From NCBI GenBank assembly GCA_038205935.1, contig JBBRBK010000008.1:1-47004 (forward strand): 47,004 nucleotides of DNA, given 5' to 3'. The translations under genes were made by a program, and so were the position numbers. The notes under the pieces were generated by a model. The model saw only the letters and a list, made by a program, of their open reading frames with translations. It was not told the DNA's origin and did no database searches. This DNA comes from Campylobacterales bacterium. GTDB lineage: Bacteria > Campylobacterota > Campylobacteria > Campylobacterales > Sulfurimonadaceae. This document shows, one piece after another, positions 1 through 8,585 of the stretch (the stretch's first letter is position 1; every line of letters begins with the position of its first letter).

Positions 1-945
1 GGTACTGATATGATTGTTGTAAGTGTTATAGATATCAGTGCTTATGAAAAACTTCAGTCACATTCTTCAAAACTTATATCAGAAGTAAAAGATTTAGAAT
101 ATGATCTGCGTTCATCAAAACTTTTGATTGATAAATATGTACCTATCTCTTCAACAGATCTTGAAGGAACCATTGTTGAGTGCAATGAAGCTTTTTGCAA
201 CTTGACAGGATACGAAAGTGGTGAATTAATCGGAAAGAAACATAGTCTGCTAAAAGATGGGGAAACTGCGCCAGCTGTATATAAAGATTTCTGGAAAGTT
301 ATTACGAACAATCAAACATATATCGGGGAATTGAAAAATCGGAAAAAAGATGGTACGCCATTTTGGATAAAAACAAGAGTACATCCAAAATATGCAAAAG
401 ATGGCAGAAAAATAGGTTATATCGCATTAAGAGAAGATATAACAAATAGGAAAAGTTTGGAAGAAGAGGTATCGATAGATTCTTTAACAAAAGTGTTTAA
501 AAGAGATAAATTTAATGATTTTCTTGCAAAAGAGATAGCAGAATTTCATCGTTACTCGAAAGTCTCTTCTTTGATCTTATGCGATATAGACCATTTTAAA
601 AATGTGAATGACAAATATGGCCATCTTGTGGGTGATGAGGTATTGATTGATGTTACAAATGAGATAAAAAATTCTCTTAGAAAAAGCGATGTATTAGCAC
701 GTTGGGGCGGTGAAGAGTTTATTATACTTTTGCCAAATACTTCCGAAAAAAATGCGCTTAATGTTGCGAATAAAATAGTAAAAAGTATAGCAGAGAAACG
801 ATTTGATACAGTGGGAAATATGACCTTGAGCTGTGGTGTATCTGAGGTAAGTCCAAATGATACTTTAAATATCTGGTTTAAAAGAGTTGATAATGCACTT
901 TATCACGCCAAAGATGCAGGACGTAATAGAGCTGTTTACATGTAA
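1..945 (+). CDS. PAS/PAC-GGDEF diguanylate cyclase, probably 5'-truncated by the window edge
   Basis: PAS-PAC (NEAFCNLTGY...NRKKDGTPFW), then GGDEF domain with DIDHFKNVNDKYGHLVGD, RxxD I-site (RKSD) and RWGGEEF. The frame is open from base 1. Confidence 0.9.
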   Translation, partial: GTDMIVVSVIDISAYEKLQSHSSKLISEVKDLEYDLRSSKLLIDKYVPISSTDLEGTIVECNEAFCNLTGYESGELIGKKHSLLKDGETAPAVYKDFWKVITNNQTYIGELKNRKKDGTPFWIKTRVHPKYAKDGRKIGYIALREDITNRKSLEEEVSIDSLTKVFKRDKFNDFLAKEIAEFHRYSKVSSLILCDIDHFKNVNDKYGHLVGDEVLIDVTNEIKNSLRKSDVLARWGGEEFIILLPNTSEKNALNVANKIVKSIAEKRFDTVGNMTLSCGVSEVSPNDTLNIWFKRVDNALYHAKDAGRNRAVYM

Positions 946-950
946 GTATT

Positions 951-1598
951 TTAACGTGCTTTAAAACTTTCTTTACTCTTACAAAATTCTTGTAAAAAAC
1001 ATTCGCTATCGCATTTTGGATTTTTGGCGGTGCAGATATATCTACCAAACAAAACCATTCCTTGATGCAGCGCATGCAGATCATTTTTAAATTTTTTAAC
1101 AAGTGTTGCTTCTGTTTTAAGTGCTGTCGCATCAGAACTGAGTCCGAGTCTGTGAGCAACTCTAAAAACATGGGTATCAACAGCCATGAGATTTGCACCA
1201 GTATACTCTATCATCACAACATTTGCCGTCTTTTGGCCAACACCTGCGAGAGTGATGAGCTCTTTTGGATCCAGAGGAATCTCTCCATTATATGTTTCCA
1301 CGACACGCTGGGCCATTTTTATAATATTTTGCGCTTTGTTGTTAAAAAAAGAGCAACTTTGGATAAGTTTTTTTACATCATTAATATCTGCAGAGCCTAA
1401 AGCATGGACATCGGGATATTTTAGAAATAAGGCAGGTGTGATAAGGTTGACTCTCTTGTCTGTACATTGCGCTGATAATGCCACGGCAATGACAAGTTCA
1501 TACGCATTTTTATAATGCAGTTCTGTAATGGCATCATCGTAACGTTCAACAAATTTTTTATGGATTTCTAGAATTTCTTTTTTTGTTGCTGATTTCAT
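951..1598 (-). CDS. nth: Endonuclease III
   Basis: LSAQCTD, HhH motif LAGVGQKTANVV, AVDTHVFRV and C-terminal 4Fe-4S cysteines (C-TAKNPK-C-DSE-C-FLQEF-C). ATG at 1598 preferred to TTG at 1604. Confidence 0.95.
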   Translation of the reverse strand: MKSATKKEILEIHKKFVERYDDAITELHYKNAYELVIAVALSAQCTDKRVNLITPALFLKYPDVHALGSADINDVKKLIQSCSFFNNKAQNIIKMAQRVVETYNGEIPLDPKELITLAGVGQKTANVVMIEYTGANLMAVDTHVFRVAHRLGLSSDATALKTEATLVKKFKNDLHALHQGMVLFGRYICTAKNPKCDSECFLQEFCKSKESFKAR

Positions 1599-1604
1599 GA
1601 CCAA

Positions 1605-1610
1605 ATTTTA
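1605..1610 (-). promoter_or_regulatory. -10 box (TAAAAT) for nth, probably a leaderless transcript
   Basis: TAAAAT lies 6 nt upstream of the ATG and there is no Shine-Dalgarno sequence. Confidence 0.55.
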
Positions 1611-1653
1611 TCGAGATAAGCTAAAAAAAAGAGCATATTTTTTAGCTTTTCTA

Positions 1654-1662
1654 TGATAGAAT
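1654..1662 (+). promoter_or_regulatory. Extended -10 promoter (TGnTAGAAT) for the hybrid kinase pair
   Basis: TGATAGAAT about 34 nt upstream of ATG 1696, with an AAGGA RBS before the start. Confidence 0.5.
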
Positions 1663-1695
1663 AGACAAATTTTCTTTTTGATATAAGGATTCGTT

Positions 1696-3648
1696 ATGCC
1701 TATTTTTAGTTTTATTTCAAAACTTTTCGGTAAGACAAATAGCATAACTAGCAGTTTTTTGGATGAGCAGGAAGTTGTAGATAAAACACTCTTTTATAAG
1801 CTTTTGGATCTGAATGATTCTACAATTTTATTTTTTAATAAACAGAGTGGTTATATTGGTGCCAACGGCGCATTTTTTCAACTTTTTGGATTTGAAAATA
1901 TTGGTGATTTTAAAAATCGCTATGGAAGTATTAGAGAACTTTTTCTCTTAGAATCTGAAGAGATATTTACAGAAGATGACAAAAGTTGGATGGATTATAT
2001 CCGCATCCATAAAAAGAATGGCCATTATGTCACAGCAAAGAGCAAAGATGGCCGAATACTCAATTTTATAGTAAAAAATATAGTCTATAAAAGAGAGAAA
2101 AATGAGCTTTATATTTTGGAGCTCAAAAATGTCACTGAACTAGAAGAGGCCAAAGCTAAAGCGAGCGAAATCGAGGCTCTTAAGACAAAGATCCTTTCCA
2201 ATATTGGACATGAGTTCCGTACACCTATGAATGCTATCCTTGGCTTTTTATATCTTCTTGAAAAAAGTCATCTCAATCCCACTCAGACTGAATACTTGAA
2301 GATGACAAACAAATCAGCGAAGAGTCTGATGTCAAATATAGAAGCTTTATTGGATCTATCCCAGATGCAAAGTGGCCGCTTGTGCCTCAATAAAGTTGAA
2401 TTTTCCTTGATCGATGAGATCAAAGAACTTGTTACATTTTTTATAGAAGAAGGATATGAAAAAGGTTTACATGTAGGGTTTTTTATAGATCCAAAAATTC
2501 CAAAGATGCTTGAAGGAGATGTCCATAAAATAAGGCAGATCATTAACTCCCTCATTCAAAATGCTATCAAGTTTACTGCAAGAGGCGGTAAAATCATTGT
2601 AGAAATAAAACTGCTCAAAAAAAATCCTAATGGCGGATGTAGCATAGGATGGAGTGTAAAAGATAATGGCAAAGGGATATCGGTAAACCGACTTTCAGAA
2701 ATAACTCAGCCTTTTATCTCTTCGGATCAGCCAGACCAGAGACTTGGTGTCGGACTCAGCCTTTCTTATGGTTTGGTTGCTCTTTTGGGAGGAGAACTTA
2801 AAATCCAAAGCGAAGATGGAATCGGGTCTGTTTTCTCATTTTCACTCGATTTTGAACGATACGGCGGAACCTCTTTTTCAATGATTCCTCATAAAAATGT
2901 CAAAGTCTTACTTCTTGATGAGAGTAAAATCGATGATGCAAATCTTTTAACGACATACTTACGCTCTTTTTCGATGGGGGCTACAAAGATAAATATTATC
3001 AATAAAGAACTCTATCATGATATAGATGCCTTATATATTGTTGCATCACAGTCAAATCTTGCATGGATGGCAGAACTTAGTCAATACCCTAAAAAAGTAC
3101 CTGTTGTTTTTATGCTTGATATTGGGGAGTTTTTATGTAATGAGCTAAAAAATATTGTGGATGAAGTCATAACGAAGCCTTTATTGCCAGCAACTCTTTT
3201 TGAACACCTTGATAAACTTTTTTTACGCAGTGATGAGAAAAAAGAAGTACAAAAACAGATCAAATCAGGGATGTTAGCTTTAGTCGTTGAAGATAATCTT
3301 ATCAATCAAAGACTGATAAAAATTTTGCTTCAGGAATATAATATTAACGTCGTAACTGCATCAAATGGACAGGAAGCTGTTGATATCTGTAATCATAAAG
3401 ATTTTGATATCGTTTTTATGGATATAGATATGCCAATAAAAGATGGAGTGATCGCAACAAAAGAGATCAAGGAACATCTTGTTAAAAATGGACATACGAT
3501 GCCTATCATTGCAGTTACAGCACTAGCGATGGAAGGTGATAGAGAAAGATTACTAAGCGAAGGTTTAGATGATTATCTTTCTAAGCCGCTCACAAGAAAT
3601 AAATTAGATTTAATTTTGAATAAATATCTTTTAGAAATGATGGTGTAA
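1696..3648 (+). CDS. Cytoplasmic hybrid sensor histidine kinase/response regulator
   Basis: H-box GHEFRTPMN, N-box LIQNAIKFT, G1 VKDNGKGI, C-terminal receiver (VEDN...FMDIDMP...SKP). No obvious transmembrane helix. Confidence 0.92.
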   Translation: MPIFSFISKLFGKTNSITSSFLDEQEVVDKTLFYKLLDLNDSTILFFNKQSGYIGANGAFFQLFGFENIGDFKNRYGSIRELFLLESEEIFTEDDKSWMDYIRIHKKNGHYVTAKSKDGRILNFIVKNIVYKREKNELYILELKNVTELEEAKAKASEIEALKTKILSNIGHEFRTPMNAILGFLYLLEKSHLNPTQTEYLKMTNKSAKSLMSNIEALLDLSQMQSGRLCLNKVEFSLIDEIKELVTFFIEEGYEKGLHVGFFIDPKIPKMLEGDVHKIRQIINSLIQNAIKFTARGGKIIVEIKLLKKNPNGGCSIGWSVKDNGKGISVNRLSEITQPFISSDQPDQRLGVGLSLSYGLVALLGGELKIQSEDGIGSVFSFSLDFERYGGTSFSMIPHKNVKVLLLDESKIDDANLLTTYLRSFSMGATKINIINKELYHDIDALYIVASQSNLAWMAELSQYPKKVPVVFMLDIGEFLCNELKNIVDEVITKPLLPATLFEHLDKLFLRSDEKKEVQKQIKSGMLALVVEDNLINQRLIKILLQEYNINVVTASNGQEAVDICNHKDFDIVFMDIDMPIKDGVIATKEIKEHLVKNGHTMPIIAVTALAMEGDRERLLSEGLDDYLSKPLTRNKLDLILNKYLLEMMV

Positions 3649-3649
3649 T

Positions 3650-5608
3650 ATGCAGGGATTTACTAAAGTAATCGAACAGTTTCCAGATCATGCTGAGGTT
3701 ATCATAGCCTTTGCTAAACTTGAAAAACATCTATTTTTTATTTTAGATGATAATGGTGAACTTTTAGGTTGTAACTATTCAACTTATGAAGCTTTGGGAT
3801 TTGCAACCTATGATGAGTTTTTGAACGCATATAATAATGACATGACGAAACTTGTCGAGCCGACTGAGGGCTGTGTTGATGTTACGCATTACGATTGGCT
3901 CCAAAATATTGAAGAGGGCCGAGACCACTGTATCAATATCAAAAACAAAACCGGAGAGATTATTTCATGTAGTTTAAGATTGCAAAGTTTTGCTTTAAAC
4001 GGGATTGTTTTACACCTTATCTTGCTTGAAAATCAATTTATTATAGAAAGAGCTAAAAAAGCGCATGCGTATTTTGAAAGTTTTAAAAAACAGTTCTTAA
4101 CAAATATCTCGCATGAATTTAGAACGCCGATGAATAGCATTATCGGCTATACAGAACTTTTAAAAGATACGAATTTAGACAAGCCTCAAAAAGAGTACCT
4201 TCTCAATATAGACAACAGTGCGCATATGATGATGAGCAATATAGAAAATCTTTTAGAACTTATGCAAATCGAGAGTGGTGTTGCCCTCCAAAGAGATGTG
4301 TTCTTTAAACCTTTTGAAGAGTTCGAGAGACTCTCAAGCGAATACAGTGTTGTAGTACAAAATCATAATCAGCAGATCTTTTTTCTGATCGATCCGCATC
4401 TTCCTCAAGTGATGTTAGGGGATTTTGATAAGATCAAAAGAATTCTTGTAAATCTGATATCAAATGCAATAAAATATTCTAAAAATAAAGATGGCAAGAT
4501 TATTGTAGAACTTAAAGCCAGATATAACAACGACCAAGTCATGGTGGAATATTCTGTAAGCGATAATGGGATTGGTATTTCTCAGGATAGAATGAAAAGT
4601 ATACTAAGACCTTTTGCGGCTATTTATGATAAACAAAGAATAGCGCAAGAAGGTATTGGTATTGGGCTAAATCTTTCTCATAAGTTGTTGACTCTTTTAA
4701 GCTCTCAGTTAAAAGTAAAAAGTCAGCTTGGAAAAGGAAGCCGTTTTTATTTTGAGATTTTACATAAGATAGAAGAAAAAACTCCATATGATTTTGTTGC
4801 TGGAACAAAAGTATGTGTTTGGGCAGAAGAAAGCGGTTCTGGTATACAGCTCAAAATACTTGAAAATTATCTTAAAAAGTTTGAGGTAGAAGTTGTCGAG
4901 ATTGATGGTTTGGCTCATAGAGAACTTAGCAGTGCTACAGCGTTTTTTATCTTGACTGATTATATCAGTCCTTCACGAGCAGATTCTATCAAAGCTCACT
5001 ATCCAAACTTACAAATAATTCAAGTCTGTCATAAAGATGCAAAAACGAGATGTGAAGCTGTTGCTGAGAAGATAGAAGGATTTGTAGTATTGCCTTTGTT
5101 GCCTAACAAACTCTATGATGTACTCAAAGTTATCTGGAAAAAGATTCCAAAAGAACAAATCAAGCATTCATCATTTAAGTCTTTAGATTCCAATTTTTAT
5201 ACGGCAAAAATTTTAGTGGCTGAAGATAATGAGATCAACCAAAAGCTCTTAAAAACTATCCTTGAGCAAAAAAATTACAATGTTTCAACGGCTCTCAATG
5301 GACAGATTGCCATTGATATGTTCTTGGAAGAAGATTTTGATCTCGTATTGATGGATATTGATATGCCGGTTATGGATGGGATCGTTGCAACTAGACTGAT
5401 GAAAGAGTATGATAAAAAACGAAGAGTTTTTACGCCAGTTATTGCTTTGACGGCACATGCCCTTTCAGGCGATAGAGAGAGAATACTGAGTGCAGGTTTG
5501 GATGCGCACTTGGCGAAGCCAATTGACAGAGAGTTCTTACTTCAAGTGATCGATCGATATTTAAGCGAAAAATTTATGACAAAGAGCACGATAGATAATT
5601 TTGTTTAA
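3650..5608 (+). CDS. Cytoplasmic hybrid sensor histidine kinase/response regulator (paralogue of the upstream gene)
   Basis: H-box SHEFRTPMN, LISNAIKYS, SDNGIGI, GIGIGL and receiver AEDN...LMDIDMP...AKP. Confidence 0.92.
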   Translation: MQGFTKVIEQFPDHAEVIIAFAKLEKHLFFILDDNGELLGCNYSTYEALGFATYDEFLNAYNNDMTKLVEPTEGCVDVTHYDWLQNIEEGRDHCINIKNKTGEIISCSLRLQSFALNGIVLHLILLENQFIIERAKKAHAYFESFKKQFLTNISHEFRTPMNSIIGYTELLKDTNLDKPQKEYLLNIDNSAHMMMSNIENLLELMQIESGVALQRDVFFKPFEEFERLSSEYSVVVQNHNQQIFFLIDPHLPQVMLGDFDKIKRILVNLISNAIKYSKNKDGKIIVELKARYNNDQVMVEYSVSDNGIGISQDRMKSILRPFAAIYDKQRIAQEGIGIGLNLSHKLLTLLSSQLKVKSQLGKGSRFYFEILHKIEEKTPYDFVAGTKVCVWAEESGSGIQLKILENYLKKFEVEVVEIDGLAHRELSSATAFFILTDYISPSRADSIKAHYPNLQIIQVCHKDAKTRCEAVAEKIEGFVVLPLLPNKLYDVLKVIWKKIPKEQIKHSSFKSLDSNFYTAKILVAEDNEINQKLLKTILEQKNYNVSTALNGQIAIDMFLEEDFDLVLMDIDMPVMDGIVATRLMKEYDKKRRVFTPVIALTAHALSGDRERILSAGLDAHLAKPIDREFLLQVIDRYLSEKFMTKSTIDNFV

Positions 5609-5618
5609 TAATTGTTAG

Positions 5619-5624
5619 TATAAT
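5619..5624 (+). promoter_or_regulatory. -10 box TATAAT for the PEB4-like gene
   Basis: Perfect TATAAT 38 nt before the ATG, with an AAGGGA RBS. Confidence 0.55.
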
Positions 5625-5662
5625 CCTATTAAAATACTTTAACTAAGAAAAAAAGGGAATAG

Positions 5663-6505
5663 ATGAATTTAGTACAAAGAGTTTTAAGTTCTGCAGTGTT
5701 AGTTGCAGCAACATTAAGTGCAAACACATTAGTAACTGTAAATGGTAAGGCTATTACTTCCGATGAAGTCAATGAAGCTTTAATGCAAGCAACTCAGGGA
5801 AGATTTACAACTTTACCTCAAGACAAACAACAAGAACTCGGTCAGCGTATTCTTCAAGAGATGGTGATGCAAGAGGTTGTTTATGATGATGCTAAAAAGC
5901 AAGGTATAGAAAAAAGTAAAGAGTTTAAAGATGAATTCACAAAAGTGAGTGAACAAGTTAAAAAAAGATTGGCAGTTCAGATTTGGCAAAAGAAAGTCGC
6001 TGATAAAGTGAGTGTAACAGACAAAGAGATCAGCGATTATTACAATAAAAACAAAGCTGAATTCCAAGAAAAAGACAGCGTGCATGCGTATCATATTCTT
6101 GTGAAAACTGAAGATGAAGCAAACAAAATTATCAGCCAACTGAAATATTTAAAAGGTGCTGATTTAGAAACTAAATTTATGGCTTTAGCTAAAACAAGTT
6201 CGACAGGTCCTTCTGCTCCAAAAGGTGGGGATTTAGGTACATTTGCTCAAGGTCAAATGGTGCCAGCTTTTGATAAAGCAGTATTTAACATGACTGTAGG
6301 AACTATCACGACTACACCTGTAAAAAGTGAGTTCGGATACCATATTATTTATTTAAAAGAGAAAAAACCTGCACGTATGTTAGCTTTAAGTGAAGTAAAA
6401 AGTTTTATAGCACAACGTTTAAAAATGGACAAGTTTAAAACTGTAGTTCAAGCAAAAATGCAAGATCTACAAAAAACTGCGAAAATTGTTCCAGCAAAAA
6501 AATAA
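5663..6505 (+). CDS. Periplasmic parvulin-type peptidyl-prolyl isomerase (PEB4/Cbf2-like)
   Basis: Signal peptide, HILVK, S-x-GPSAPKGGDLG-x-F, MVPAFDKAVF and SEFGYHII. Near nth and fba, as in Campylobacter. Confidence 0.9.
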   Translation: MNLVQRVLSSAVLVAATLSANTLVTVNGKAITSDEVNEALMQATQGRFTTLPQDKQQELGQRILQEMVMQEVVYDDAKKQGIEKSKEFKDEFTKVSEQVKKRLAVQIWQKKVADKVSVTDKEISDYYNKNKAEFQEKDSVHAYHILVKTEDEANKIISQLKYLKGADLETKFMALAKTSSTGPSAPKGGDLGTFAQGQMVPAFDKAVFNMTVGTITTTPVKSEFGYHIIYLKEKKPARMLALSEVKSFIAQRLKMDKFKTVVQAKMQDLQKTAKIVPAKK

Positions 6506-7415
6506 TAGTTCTCTCTCTTGCATCGAAAAGTTTCTTTTCGGTGGAAGATCTTTTTATGTCAAACGTGATGATCTACTCGATCCCTATCTCAGCGGAAACA
6601 AATACAGAAAACTTTACACTCTTATCAATACTCCAAGCGAAAATCTTACTAAAATAATCTCTTATGGCGGCACACAATCCAATGCTATGCTCTCCCTTGC
6701 GGCACTTTGTGAAAGAAAAGGCTGGATCTTTGAATACTACACAAAATCTTTACACCTACAGAGCACTTCGCAGCTAAAAGAAAACTCAGAATCTAACTAC
6801 GAGCAAGCTCTCTCTTTTGGAATGAGGCATAAAGAGTTGGATGATGACTTGTATAGAGATTTTATAGCAACATTAACTTTGAATTTGGAAGAAAAAACTT
6901 TTGTAGTGCATCAAGGCGGAGCAGATCAAAGCGCAAGAGCTGGAGTAGAAGAGTTAGCAAAAGAGATACGCCAATCTTGCTTACATGTAAAGTGCCAATC
7001 GGGTGTAAAGCTTCCTTCGAGTGTGAAAAGTTTGGCGACTCCATCAGGAACTGGGACGACAGCGCTTTATCTTGCACTTGCATTGCCAGAGTATAGAGTC
7101 TATACAACACCAGCTATCGGGGATAAAGCCTATCTTTTAGAGCAAATGTCAGCCTTAGAAAAAGTACCGAATAATTTAATAATCTTAGAATCTGAGAAAA
7201 AATACCATTTTGCAAAGCCATATAAAGAGTTTTTCGACTTACATGTAAGGCTTCTAGAGGCGGGGATAGTTTTTGATTTGGTATATGCACCAAAACTTTG
7301 GAAGATGTTGTTGGAGCAAACAGATGAAGAGATACTTTACATTCACAGCGGCGGAACCACTGGAAATGCAAGTATGTTGGAGCGTTATAAGTATAAAGGT
7401 TTAGTTTCTATCTAA
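6486..7415 (+). CDS. PLP-dependent ACC deaminase / D-cysteine desulfhydrase family protein
   Basis: VKRDDL...SGNKYRKL (PLP lysine), SYGGTQSN, SGTGTT, DLVYAPK and YIHSGG. The TTG start is uncertain. Confidence 0.88.
   Translation: MFQQKNNSSLSCIEKFLFGGRSFYVKRDDLLDPYLSGNKYRKLYTLINTPSENLTKIISYGGTQSNAMLSLAALCERKGWIFEYYTKSLHLQSTSQLKENSESNYEQALSFGMRHKELDDDLYRDFIATLTLNLEEKTFVVHQGGADQSARAGVEELAKEIRQSCLHVKCQSGVKLPSSVKSLATPSGTGTTALYLALALPEYRVYTTPAIGDKAYLLEQMSALEKVPNNLIILESEKKYHFAKPYKEFFDLHVRLLEAGIVFDLVYAPKLWKMLLEQTDEEILYIHSGGTTGNASMLERYKYKGLVSI
6748..6772 (-). repeat. Copy of a short dispersed intragenic repeat (TGCGAAGTGCTCTGTAGGTGTAAAG on the minus strand)
   Basis: 21/25 identical to 19892-19916, which lies in an unrelated gene. 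Confidence 0.7.
6980..7022 (+). repeat. TTACATGTAA palindrome followed by two tandem 18-bp units
   Basis: CTTACAT-[GTAAAGTGCCAATCGGGT]-[GTAAAGCTTCCTTCGAGT]-GTGAAAAG, encoding LH-VKCQSG-VKLPSS-VK. Confidence 0.7.
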
Positions 7416-8480
7416 ACCATTTAGGTCAGTAAATGCCTCTTTAACACGTTCTATAAGTGTCTCTTGCCCAGCTCTTAACCATTTTCTTGGATCATAATAT
7501 TTTTTGTTTGGTTTCTCTTCACCCTCTGGATTTCCGATTTGACCTTGTAGGTAATCATGGTACTTCTCAGCATACTCTTTAACACCAATCCAAGTTGCCC
7601 ACTGTGTATCAGTATCGATATTCATTTTGATAACACCATAGCTTATCGCTTCTTTTATCTCTTGTGGCGTTGAACCGCTTCCGCCGTGAAATACAAAGTT
7701 TACAGGTTTTTCTGCCGTGTTGAATTTTTCTTGAATATATTTTTGAGAGTTATCAAGGATCTTTGGAGTTAAAACAACATTTCCCGGCTTGTAAACACCG
7801 TGAACATTTCCAAATGAAGCCGCGATAGTAAATCTTGGGCTGATAGAAGAAAGTTGCTCATACGCAAACGCCACTTCTTCAGGCTGCGTGTAAAGTAGAG
7901 CATTATCAAGATGAGAATTATCAACACCATCCTCTTCTCCACCTGTAACACCAAGCTCTATCTCCAAAGTCATTCCGATCTTATCCATACGTTTAAGATA
8001 CTCTTTACAAATAGCAATATTTTCTTCTATCGGCTCTTCTGAAAGATCAAGCATGTGAGAGCTAAAAAGAGGTTTTCCAGTTGCTTTGAAATGCTCTTCA
8101 CTTGCATCAAGCAAACCATCTATCCATGGAAGAAGTTTTTTGGCTGCATGATCTGTATGAAGGATAACAGGAATGCCATACGCTTCAGCCATAAGATGCA
8201 CATGTTTTGCACCTGAAATAGCGCCGACAATCGCTGCTTTTTCATTTTCGTTGCTTATACCTTTGCCGGCATAATAGCTCGAACCACCATTTGAAAATTG
8301 GACAATAATAGGAGAATTCACAATCTTTGCCGCTTCTAAAACAGCATTGATAGAATCTGTACCAACAACGTTTACAGCAGGTATAGCAAATCCCACCGCT
8401 TTAGCGGCATTGTAAACTTTACTTACATCATCACCGGATAATACACCAGGTTTCACTAAATCTAAAATACGTGTACTCAT
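7401..8480 (-). CDS. fbaA: Class II fructose-bisphosphate aldolase
   Basis: VILHTDH, FSSHMLDLS, GNVHGVY, VFHGGSG, KMNIDTD and YYDPR. ATG at 8480 follows an AAGG RBS. Confidence 0.96.
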   Translation of the reverse strand: MSTRILDLVKPGVLSGDDVSKVYNAAKAVGFAIPAVNVVGTDSINAVLEAAKIVNSPIIVQFSNGGSSYYAGKGISNENEKAAIVGAISGAKHVHLMAEAYGIPVILHTDHAAKKLLPWIDGLLDASEEHFKATGKPLFSSHMLDLSEEPIEENIAICKEYLKRMDKIGMTLEIELGVTGGEEDGVDNSHLDNALLYTQPEEVAFAYEQLSSISPRFTIAASFGNVHGVYKPGNVVLTPKILDNSQKYIQEKFNTAEKPVNFVFHGGSGSTPQEIKEAISYGVIKMNIDTDTQWATWIGVKEYAEKYHDYLQGQIGNPEGEEKPNKKYYDPRKWLRAGQETLIERVKEAFTDLNGLDRN

Positions 8481-8546
8481 ATCTATCAACCTTATTATTT
8501 TATGGTTAGATTGTACTAAATTCTTCTTTTAATATAGCTTTCGATG

Positions 8547-8555
8547 TGCTACAAT
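8547..8555 (+). promoter_or_regulatory. Extended -10 (TGcTACAAT) for the chemoreceptor gene
   Basis: 30 nt upstream of ATG 8586, with an AGGGA RBS. Confidence 0.45.
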
Positions 8556-8585
8556 AATGCCCAATGAAATAAATAGGGATTTAAA

